Positions 11,401-23,400 of a DNA stretch of 64,000 bases are shown here, in pieces (the stretch's first letter is position 1; every line of letters begins with the position of its first letter). The stretch covers positions 4,218,001-4,282,000 of the forward strand of contig OZ249436.1 of assembly GCA_965235115.1 (NCBI GenBank). The letters are read 5' to 3'. Made by a program: the position numbers and the translations under genes. Origin of the DNA: Laetmonice hystrix. Lineage: Eukaryota. The notes below the pieces were generated by a model that saw only the letters and a list, made by a program, of their open reading frames with translations, was not told the DNA's origin and did not search any database.

Positions 11401-14400
11401 GAGGTGTTGAACACACAAGCAGAACTAGTTGTGTCACACATCGGGCAGTTACACGTTAATTACTTTATTCAGACAACGTAATTGTGTCATTTATTGCCCT
11501 GAGGTAAATGCTGGTGTTTCATTTGGTCTACGAAACCTTACTTGCCGTGGGTGTTTACCCTGCCTTTAACGTTTCACATAGACGGATTTCATGTCAACCC
11601 AGTTATCATGTAAATACGTAGGGTGACCATCAAATCGGTCCCGGCCGCCTTGGTGCTACCCCTGCCCTGTCGTCTGGACCCCCCCCCCCCCACCCCCACC
11701 CCACCCCCACCCTCCCGGCCAGGCCCGGGCTAGCCCATCCTACCCTGGCTGTACAAAGTGAGCACACCACCTCCCATCTTCCGGCCAAGGAGCACCGCTG
11801 TATGTGAGGAAGCATGATTTCTCGCAGTATCAGCGCACAATAATTTTAAGTATGTCACCAGATTTAACGTGTCGTTGTTTATACCATTTGGAAATATCTG
11901 AAGCCTCGAAGGTTTAAAACAGTCATTTGATCATTCCGTGTTTTTGTTAGCACCATTCCTATTGGCCGTCAGTGGGCCAACCAGCATCTGTACCCCAGGA
12001 CTACTAATGCCATCTAGCGGTATAGGTTTCACATTGGTGTATGGGTGTTATATATTTTATGGTGTTTTCAATCTTGACGCGGAGTGTTAAATCAGGTTGA
12101 GTTATACTAAATTCATCTCATCTTTAATTAATTATTTCATATGTTGACAGTGAAGATGCCGTTAGCTGACGTTTTCCACATCAGTTCTGGATCCATGTAT
12201 CATTTACAAGGGCTATGATGAATATTGTCCGTACCGATATCGAGGACTGACATTTTTGTTGTTGTTGTTCCCCATCCTCCAGTAGTGGCAGTCGGCCGAC
12301 CAGCGCCAAGAGTATGGTCTCTGACAGGGACGGTCAGCCAGGGTCACGTGATCCTTCGGCCAGCTCATCACGTGGTACGACTCCCGACAAGGATAAGATC
12401 ACCATCAGGTGGGTGTGTCATCTTCTCACACAGCTTCCTGGCAACAGTTTTCGTCAATGAACTCTTCATTTATTGATATACATGCAGGGTTTCCGCCAGA
12501 GGGTAAAATGGGTAAAATTCCTTACCCTAAAATTTTTCCAGGGTACGGATCCGTACCCTAAAAATCGCTGGGTAACCATTTTTCCATGAAGTGATAAAAA
12601 ACTCCTGATGATGCCTTGAGCAACTTGGAGGAATCAAACAGTATAATGCAGTCTTTATTTGATTAATCCACATATTTGTAACAGCAGTTAGGGTTAGGGT
12701 TATGCTAATCCTAACCCTCACCCTAACCCTCCTCTGGTCCGTACCCTAATTTTTTTTTCTGGCGGAAACCCTGACATGTAGGTGTACACGATGCGGGAGA
12801 GAACTATTAAAAGACTTGTTGTATAGATTGAGTGGTGATTTTCGATACACAGGTCCGTGATTTTGACTTATTTTACCCTTGATGGCGCTGTGTATGTTGA
12901 TGATTTGATGGTGGTGTTTTGACTTATTCTACCCTTGATGGCGCTGTGTATGTAGATGATTTGATGGTGGTGTTTTGACTTATTCTACCCTTGATGGCGC
13001 TGTGTATGTTGATGATTTGATGGTGGTGTTTTGACTTATTCTACCCTTGATGGCGCTGTGTATGTTGATGATTTGATGGTGGTGTTTTGACTTATTCTAC
13101 CCTTGATGGCGCTATGTATGTTGATGATTTGATGGTGGTGTTTTGACTTATTCTACCCTTGATGGCGCTGTGTATGTAGATGATTTGATGGTGGTGTTTT
13201 GACTTATTCTACCCTTGATGGCGCTGTGTATGTTGATGATTTGATGGTGGTGTTTTGACTTATTTTACCCTTGATGGCGCTGTGTATGTTGATGATTTGA
13301 TGGTGGTGTTTTGACTTATTTTACCCTTGATGGCGCTGTGTATGTTGATGATTTGATGGTGGTGTTTTGACTTATTCTACCCTTGATGGCGCTGTGTATG
13401 TAGATGATTTGATGGTGGTGTTTTGACTTATTTTACCCTTGATGGCGCTGTGTATGTTGATGATTTGATGGTGCTGTTTCAGCGGGCCAGTAGGGAGTAA
13501 CTCCTCACTAAACGTTGACTACCTGGCAGAGCTGGATGGCGACACCCTCAACCTGTATGGTTCAGGCGCCCTGGAGGCCCTCGACAAAAACTGGGGCATG
13601 GCGGCCGCTGGCGCTGTCTCAACGATTGTCTTCAAGTTTGTCGACTTTGACGAGGTCTGCAAACACCTGCACAAAATACGGGCGCGGTTCCCTAGCGTAC
13701 ATGTGAGTAGATGAGACGGAGGGTGTGAATAGATGAGGCGGAGGGTGTGAGTAGATGAGTCTCAGGGTGTGAGTAGATGAGGCTCAGGGTGTGAGTAGAT
13801 GAGGCTCAGGGTGTGAGTAGATGAGGCTCAGGGTGTTCCAGTGTCATCTCTCCATCCTCAACGAGAAGGTTCCTGCATGTTTCTTGGTTAGAGTGTAATT
13901 ATCTTAATCACATATCGGAATCCTGTTTTTGTCAAGCACAAGTCTTTGTGTAAATGTATTGTTCTATGAGTTACGGTTCACATTGTTGGTAAGGTCATAC
14001 GTTTAGATACCTGCGTTACCAAAAAACAAAAGTTTTTCTTCCTCACGTCTCGTTCTCACACACTGCCTGCCCTCTGGTCGGCCAGTCAGAGGACCTGGAC
14101 ATGCAAAGGTCATCATGTCCAGTCTGCACTGAAAAAATGACCAATACTTGCTATTTCTGGAGGAATTGACTGCATCCATTGGTTGCGATTTAAAACGTTC
14201 TGGAAGCAAGAGTTGATTTAAGATATATTTTTGGGAAGTACATGGACGTCACCTGTAGGTGCTATACGTCGGGTGAGTGCGTGACATTTTAGTTCACAGT
14301 TTTACCGTTGGCAGGCATGGAGTTGTATAGATTAATACATCTTGGCGAGGACTACTGTACAGTTATATGGTAATAGAAAAGAGAGAAGGCTGCAGGCAAT

Positions 14401-17400
14401 TTTGCCTTGAAACTTATACAGGTGAGGGTCGACTTTGGCTGGCTTGTACTGTGCCAGGAACGCTATGGAACTGGTCAAGGGGCTCGCTACAGCCAGACTG
14501 GGCAGGTCAGGGGGATGTTACAGCCAGACTGGACAGGTCAGGGGGATGTTACAGCCAGACTGGGCTGGTCAGGGGACGTTACAGCCAGACTGGGCAGGTC
14601 AGGGGGTGTTACAGCCAGGCTGGGCTGGTCAGGGGGATGTTACAGCCAGGCTGGACTGGTCAGGGGGTGTTACAGCCAGGCTGGGCTGGTGAGGGGGTGT
14701 TACAGCCAGGCTGGGCTGGTCAGGGGATGTTACAGCCAGACTGGGCTGGTCAGGGGGATGTTAAAGCCATGCTGGACTGGTCAGAGGGTTGTTACAGCCA
14801 GGCTGGACTGGTCAGGGCGATGTTACAGCCAGGCTGGGCTGGTCAGGGGGTGTTACAGCCATGCTGGACTGGTCAGGGGGTGTTACAGCCAGACTGGGCT
14901 GGTCAGGGGGATGTTACAGCCAGGCTGGACTGGTGAGGGGATGTTACAGCCAGACTGGGCTGGTCAGGGGATGTTACAGCCATGCTGGACTGGTCAGGGG
15001 ATGTTACAGCCAGGCTGGACTGGTCAGGGGGTGTTACAGCCAGGCTGGGCTGGTCAGGGGGTGTTACAGCCAGGCTGGGCTGGTCAGGGGATGTTACAGC
15101 CAGACTGGGCTGGTCAGGGGGATGTTAAAGCCATGCTGGACTGCTCAGGGGGTTGTTACAGCCAGGCTGGACTGGTCAGGGCGATGTTACAGCCAGGCTG
15201 GGCTGGTCAGGGGGTGTTACAGCCATGCTGGACTGGTCAGGGGGTGTTACAGCCAGACTGGGCTGGTCAGGGGGATGTTACAGCCAGGCTGGACTGGTGA
15301 GGGGATGTTACAGCCAGACTGGGCTGGTCAGGGGATGTTACAGCCATGCTGGACTGGTCAGGGGGTGTTACAGCCAGGCTGGACTCGTCAGAGGATGTTA
15401 CAGCCAGACTGGGCAGGTCAGGGGCAGGGATGAAAGTTTTCAGGAAATTTCCTGAAATCAGGAAATTTGAAAAAATCCCCCCCCAAGAAATAACACCCAA
15501 AAAAGGAAATAGGCCTAGATCTATAGGCAAAAGAGGTAGGCCTAAGCCAAGGCTAAGTATTGCCCTGGACTGTGTGGTGGGCAATTAATATCAAATGAAA
15601 CAATATCCCCTTCCAGGACGTTTTTTAACACCATGCAGCTCAATATATCTCTACCTGCCAAAGTTCGTTTATAGATGGGGATATTAGAGTGTCTCAAACC
15701 CGTTCAGTGTCACGGGTGCCACCGTGCATAGGCCGGTCTGCCGGGGGTGCTGGTCCCTGTAGCTGTGGTGACATCGCTCACATAGACCGGCCCGCGTGGG
15801 CTGGCTTCTACCGGCACGCGGTGGCGTCTGTCCCCTCTGGCAGGCACGGCCCCGTGTCGCTGTGGTGAGAGCGACTCACCTCAGGTAATGACTTCAGGCA
15901 AAATTGATGGTCAGGCAGCTGCGAAGCCCGTTGATTCAGGCTTGCCATTATGCCATATCCATGCGCGAGTTTTGCCTGAGCGCTCACTTAGTGAACGAGA
16001 CTATAGTATAGACAGACCGGTCTGTCTAGTCCCGGCGTTGGTGATAGTGATTAGGCTGACGAACTTTGCACCATCACAATGTCACTCCTCACAGGAAACT
16101 GGGTCAATTTAGTTCTATGAATCTGCCTAGTATATATGTCAGTAAGTTCTCATAATGTGTTCTTGCATATAAATTTGAGGATAGTGGCATTACGTAAGTG
16201 GTTTTCACTGAAGTTTTGGGGTTGTCAGGACTTTTCATTACATTTGTCGATCAGTGCAGGTGTCCTGATAAGACCGGAAGTGACAATTTTCACAACAACA
16301 TGAGTGGCACATGGACACACGGGCTGAACCACTCGACTCAGCGAAGCCTGTGTTGCTTGGCTGAGAGCCGCTGAGGGTCGTGACTGCTGAGGGTCAAGAC
16401 TGATGGACAGCCTGTGTGGTCAGTCTAACACATGGAAGCTGTTTGACAACGTAATCGGTTGCATTTTGGACGCTAAAAGCCGACTGGATTCCAATGTTGG
16501 AGAGAGACGGCAGAGCCAGGCAGAGGTTGACATGCACTGACTGTGACTGAGTGACAGGCAAGCAACAGCCTTGAACAGGGGCATGGACTGATGAGTGATG
16601 GAGTCTATCCAGCAAATTTGCAGGGGTGGGGGGTTGACTAAATACTGAGGGCTAGGCCCTATAATATATAATAGCTAGGAGGCCTTATCGGATCATGACT
16701 GTCTGCTGTTCATAGCCTGACTTTTTAAGGGGGGGGGGGGTAAGCCTTGGATGTGCGCATGAACAAATATTAATTATGGACATTGGCCCCCGCCGCTCCC
16801 CCCCGGTCAGAATTTCAGGAAATTTTACAGCTGGCCACTTTCATCCCTGCAGGGGGGTGTTACAGCCATGCTGGACTGGTCAGGGGGTGTTACAGCCATG
16901 CTGGACTGGTCAGGGGGATGTTACAGCCAGACTGGACTGGTCAGGGGAATGTAACAGCCAGACTGGGCTGGTCAGGGGGATGTTACAGCCAGACTGGGCT
17001 GGTCAGGGGGATGTTACAGCCAGACTGGGCTGGCCAGGGGGATGTTACAGCCAGTCTGGACTGTCCTGGGGGCTGTTACAGCCATGCAGACCTGGCCAGG
17101 GGGACTGGCCTGCCAGTCGGTTACAGCCAGTCCGAACTGTCTGGCCTGGCAGTCGGTTACAGCCAGTCCGGACTGTCTGGCCTGGCAGTGGGTTACAGCC
17201 AGTCCAGACTGTCCTGGCCTGGCAGTCGGTTACAGCCAGTCCGGACTGTCTGGCCTGGCAGTGGGTTACAGCCAGTCCGAACTGTCTGGCCTGGCAGTGG
17301 GTTACAGCCAGTCCAGACTGTCTGGCCTGGTAGTCGGTTACAGCCAGTCCAGACTGTCCTGGCCTGGCAGTCGGTTACAGCCAGTCCAGACTGTCCTGGC

Positions 17401-20400
17401 CTGGCAGTCGGTTACAGCCAGTCCGAACTGTCTGGCCTGGCAGTCGGTTACAGCCAGTCCAGACTGTCCTGGCCTGGCAGTCGGTTACAGCCAGTCCAGA
17501 CTGTCCTGGCCTGGCAGTCGGTTACAGCCAGTCCGGACTGTCTGGCCTGGCAGTCGGTTACAGCCAGTCCGGACTGTCTGGCCTGGCAGTCGGTTACAGC
17601 CAGTCCGGACTGTCTGGCCTGGCAGTCGGTTACAGCCAGTCCAGACTGTCTGGCCTGGTAGTCGGTTACAGCCAGTCCAGACTGTCCTGGCCTGGCAGTC
17701 GGTTACAGCCAGTCCGGACTGTCTGGCCTGGCAGTGGGTTACAGCCAGTCCGGACTGTCTGGCCTGGCAGTCGGTTACAGCCAGTCCAGACTGTCTGGCC
17801 TGGTAGTCGGTTACAGCCAGTCCAGACTGTCCTGGCCTGGCAGTCGGTTACAGCCAGTCCGGACTGTCTGGCCTGGCAGTGGGTTACAGCCAGTCCGGAC
17901 TGTCTGGCCTGGCAGTGGGTTACAGCCAGTCCGGACTGTCTGGCCTGGCAGTCGGTTACAGCCAGTCCAGACTGTCTGGCCTGGTAGTCGGTTACAGCCA
18001 GTCCAGACTGTCTGGCCTGGCAGTCGGTTACAGCCAGTCCGAACTGTCTGGCCTGGCAGTGGGTTACAGCCAGTCCGAACTGTCTGGCCTGGCAGTGGGT
18101 TACAGCCAGTCCAGACTGTCCTGGCCTGGCAGTCGGTTACAGCCAGTCCAGACTGTCCTGGCCTGGCAGTCGGTTACAGCCAGTCCGGACTGTCTGGCCT
18201 GGCAGTGGGTTACAGCCAGTCCAGACTGTCCTGGCCTGGCAGTCGGTTACAGCCAGTCCGGACTGTCTGGCCTGGCAGTCGGTTACAGCCAGTCCAGACT
18301 GTCTGGCCTGGCAGTGGGTTACAGCCAGTCCGGACTGTCTGGCCTGGCAGTGGGTTACAGCCAGTCCGGACTGTCTGGCCTGGCAGTGGGTTACAGCCAG
18401 TCCAGACTGTCCTGGCCTGGCAGTCGGTTACAGCCAGTCCAGACTGTCCTGGCCTGGCAGTCGGTTACAGCCAGTCCGGACTGTCTGGCCTGGCAGTGGG
18501 TTACAGCCAGTCCAGACTGTCTGGCCTGGCAGTCGGTTACAGCCAGTCCGGACTGTCTGGCCTGGCAGTCGGTTACAGCCAGTCCAGACTGTCTGGCCTG
18601 GCAGTGGGTTACAGCCAGTCCGGACTGTCTGGCCTGGCAGTGGGTTACAGCCAGTCCAGACTGTCTGGCCTGGCAGTGGGTTACAGCCAGTCCAGACTGT
18701 CTGGCCTGGCAGTGGGTTACAGCCAGTCCGGACTGTCTGGCCTGGCAGTGGGTTACAGCCAGTCCGGACTGTCTGGCCTGGCAGTGGGTTACAGCCAGTC
18801 CAGACTGTCCTGGCCTGGCAGTGGGTTACAGCCAGTCCAGACTGTCTGGCCTGGTAGTCGGTTACAGCCAGTCCGAACTGTCTGGCCTGGCAGTGGGTTA
18901 CAGCCAGTCCAGACTGTCTGGCCTGGTAGTCGGTTACAGCCAGTCCGAACTGTCTGGCCTGGCAGTCGGTTACAGCCAGTCCAGACTGTCTGGCCTGGCA
19001 GTGGGTTACAGCCAGTCCAGACTGTCCTGGCCTGGCAGTCGGTTACAGCCAGTCCAGACTGTCTGGCCTGGTAGTCGGTTACAGCCAGTCCGAACTGTCT
19101 GGCCTGGCAGTGGGTTACAGCCAGTCCAGACTGTCCTGGCCTGGCAGTCGGTTACAGCCAGTCCAGACTGTCCTGGCCTGGCAGTCGGTTACAGCCAGTC
19201 CAGACTGTCCTGGCCTGGCAGTCGGTTACAGCCAGTCCGGACTGTCTGGCCTGGCAGTCGGTTACAGCCAGTCCGGACTGTCTGGCCTGGCAGTCGGTTA
19301 CAGCCAGTCCGGACTGTCTGGCCTGGCAGTCGGTTACAGCCAGTCCGGACTGTCTGGCCTGGCAGTCGGTTACAGCCAGTCCGGACTGTCTGGCCTGGCA
19401 GTCGGTTACAGCCAGTCCGGACTGTCCTGGGGGCTGTTACAGCCATGCAGACCTGGCCAGGGGGACTGGCCTGCCAGTCGGTTACAGCCAGTCCGGACTG
19501 TCCTGGCGGCTGTTACAGTCTCCGTGATGGCACATCGAACAGTCAGGGAGGGTTGTGCCCCCAGAGATTGTGATGAGTTAGAAGATGATGTTGTAAGGAG
19601 CACGGTAAACAACCCGACCCTTGGCACACACCCAAACACCGCCTCCATACACAGACGGGTATTGGTGACGTAGGTTTGCTGACGTCACAATGAAACGGGT
19701 GGATTGTTGAAAACTCCCCTGGATAGAAAGATGCAGCATGGTTGACGGACTGACCAGTAAGTAGCGTACCCAAGGGGGGTACTTGGGGTGCGCAAGCACC
19801 CCGCTCAATTTGCCCATTTTTTTTTTTTTTGGTGCGCTTGTTGCCCACAGCCCCCTCACAATTTGCAGCGCCTACAACGTTGGTTATTTCCAGCACCCCC
19901 TTGGGTCCAGTTTCTGGGTACGCCACTGCTGACCCCAGCGTCTGTGGAGGTCAGTGAAGAGGAGCTGGATGACTCCATGATCCATGATCAATAAGTCCGG
20001 TGTCCGAGTGGCGCAAACACTTTGATCTCAACCCGTGCCGGGCTATCAGAGGCTGCCAACTGTTGGTAGAAACAGTAGCATGTCTACAAACCGACTAGAT
20101 GGGCCTTCAACCGGACTACACCAACATACTGGTCTTAGTTACCGGGCAGTGGGGTCAGTCAGCGGGAACCTACCGACCTCACCAATGCCGTGAGGGGACT
20201 GACAGTGGGTAAAATGTCACATTTTAAAAGGTTAGTACCGTTATGTACCAACTCCCAAAACTTCGGTTCACTTAGGTTTAGTTACTCTTCTACTTCTTAT
20301 AAAAACGCAACATCCAGGCTTGCCGTTATATTTTTTTTATAAAAGCAACCTGGTCATTGTTTTCCAGGGGATACCGGCGATCCCTTACTTTATTAAACTG

Positions 20401-23400
20401 CTCAAGTTTAAGTCTTGTAATCTTAAAGGGGCAATTGAAAGAATCGCACTTTTCAACAGTTTTTGAATCTTTTGTGAGGCATTCTATAGTTAAATACGAA
20501 ACATAAAAAATTTGGGCGAATGCTGTTGTCTTGGCCGAGAAATGGCATCACTTCCAGCGGGGTCACTTTGGTCCACGCCCTCACCACAATGATTAATTAC
20601 TGAATGTCGATATGTATACACCGACATTCACTTTGTGGGCTCCCTGTGGCTTGATTACACGCCAATCAACGCTATTCTCAGGGTAGAAATATTTATTTCG
20701 GACGTTTTTATGCTATCATATAAGAAAACGTCAGTCGAAAATTTGTGCCCTTTTGTCAAAGTTTGAATAGGAAACGTGAAGTGAAGGCGAGGTAAAACAG
20801 GGGGACCTAGAATAGAGGTGTGGCCTTGGCCGTCCGATTAGATTTGATGTATACAACATGTATGAAGCAGTGTGGTCACTCTGCTAGCCTCCTGTGATCA
20901 GCGTGTGAATAATGGAGAGCTGAGAGACGCTAGCAAAGGTCATGACTCTTGAGGATACCTGGCGCCAGGAGTGATGTAGCGTCAGCGTCAGTAGTGCCAG
21001 CCTCGGACCCTCACACCGTATGAGCTAATCGCGGGGGTGAGGGTGGGGACCCTGGGGTGTGGGGTGGAGACCCTGGGGTGTGGGGTGGGGACCCTGGGGT
21101 GTGGGGTGGAGAGATTGCCGTAAATCATCTGTAGTGCTGAAAGGAAGCATGTATGTAAGAGTTGACACAGTCCAGCAAACAATGGTTACTTGTATGTAAG
21201 GGTTGACACAGTCCAGCAAACAATGGTTACTTGTATGTAAGAGTTGACACAGTCCAGCAAACAATGGTTACTTGTATGTAAGGGTTGACACAGTCCAGCA
21301 AACAATGGTTACTTGTATGTAAGGGTTGACACAGTCCAGCAAACAATGGTTACTTGTATGTAAGGGTTGACACAGTCCAGCAAACAATGGTTACTTGTAT
21401 GTAAGAGTTGACACAGTCCAGCAAACAATGGTTACTTGATCATTGATTTGCCATCACTCTCCAGCAATCGATGAGGGCCTCATGTTGCGTGACATCCTGG
21501 CGGTAATTATTCTAACGATGATAATTATTCATGAGAGGGTCAACTTAGCAGTTGTGTGTATGTGATTAAAACGATTGCTTTATAATCGGCTGTCGTAATG
21601 GAAGCGCAGACATGTACTGAATAGTATCGCCAGCCATGACTGAATAGTATCGCAGCCATGACTGAATTGTATCGCAGTCATGACTGAATAGTATCGCCAG
21701 CCATGACTGAATAGTATCGCAGCCATGACTGAATAGTATCGCAGCCATGACTGAATAGTATCGCAGTCAAGACTGAATAGTATCGCAGCCATGACTGAAT
21801 AGTATCGCAGCCATGACTGAATTGTATCGCAGCCATGACTGAATTGTATCGCAGTCATGACTGAATAGTATCGCCAGCCATGACTGAATAGTATCGCAGC
21901 CATGAAGCAGCTGATGTGATGAATAGTCTGTCTCCATAATTGTGTTTTTCCTTCCTAGACCCTGAACTTCAGTGCCACCAACATCCACAGTTTACAACAG
22001 TTGAATGCCCTGGGTGCCCTCCGTCGCCTTGACAACTTGTTCATCCAACCCGAGGGAAACGCCGTGACGTCATTCGCGTTGTGGCGACCTTACGTCCTCT
22101 TCAGGCTGGCACATTTTGCACTGAAAAAAATTAATGATGTCGAGGTAAGTTTGGCATTTTGCCAAGAGTTTAAAATTAAGTAAATAAACCGAAACCCACA
22201 AAAAAAGTAATAAAGTTAGGAGTGGAAACAAAGTCAGCATGAAGTCAGGATGATAACTTTTACGTTTGGCGTTCAAATAATCTTGTTGTTCCAGATTACT
22301 GCCGGAGATATTGTCAACGCAGAGAAGTTCTTTGGGCCATTGGCGCAGATCACGACTTCCCATCTTCCTTCTTCACGGCTGTCCAATCTACTGGGAGAAA
22401 ACAAGTAAGTTTGTTCACTGCAGTCCAGATTTATCAGTTATAGGGCATTTTGTAGTTACAACGGGCACTATTTCCCGGAATTATGGTTGTGGTGTATTTT
22501 GATAGCAGAAAGTTGATTTAGTGTTTTCATGTTACCGTTTGTGTGATGATTGTAATGGAGGTTGTCATTGGTTACCAGGAGGAGGCAGCGATTGGCTGTT
22601 ACCGACGACAAACTGCGCAAGGCGTATTTTTATAGCAGAAAGTTGATTTTGTTGTTTCATGTTACCGTTTGTGTGATGATTGTAATGGAGGTTGTCATTG
22701 GTTACCAGGAGGAGGCAGCTATTGGCTGTTACCGACGACAAACTGCGCAAGGCGTATTTTGATAGCAGAAAGTTAATTTATTGTTTCATGTTACCGTTTG
22801 TGTGATGATTGTAATGGAGGTTGTCATTGGTTACCAGGAGGAGGCAGCGATTGGCTGTTACCGACGACAAACTGCGCAAGGCGTATTTTGATAGCAGAAA
22901 GTTAATTTATTGTTTCAATCTTTCATGTTACCGTTTGTGTGATGATTGTAATGGAGGTTGTCATTGGTTACCAGGAGGAGGCAGCTATTGGCTGTTACAG
23001 AGGACAAACTGCGCAAGCCGACAGACACTAAGTTGACTGAGAGAACGTCGGTGGAATCGGTTGGTCGGGCCGGACTACTTTATGCTGCGCCAGACACGCT
23101 CCATCAAAAACTTCACGTGAGTGATCAGGCACCTCTGCCAAAACCTTCTGCGCAAGATGGTCCTATTTTCCTGGGTCAGCGTATTTCTGAAAGCTTTAGT
23201 TGCCAGTTTGCTGTTTGAACTTTCGTCAAACGATTCACCAAAGGCCAAGTCAGGACCATTTTGAAAACCAGTTCTCGTGCCATATTTTGACAGTTCTAAC
23301 GTTAGTTTTTATATTGTGTAATTTTTTGGCGTGTGAAAAGTGTATTTTTTCATGTTGTAGGAGCAGCAGAGTCGGCAGGATTTCGTGAGGTCCTACATAA

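Noticed and set aside
12685..12730. TTAGGG/TAACCC runs (also ~33190-33215) as telomere or interstitial telomere
   Set aside because: Only 2-3 imperfect units, within or resembling MITE-internal motifs.
14367..19673. Long ORFs up to 564 aa (GYSQSGLSGLAV / LAWQSVTASPDC repeats)
   Set aside because: Open in several frames only because the minisatellite unit lacks stops; lie inside an LRRC49 intron.
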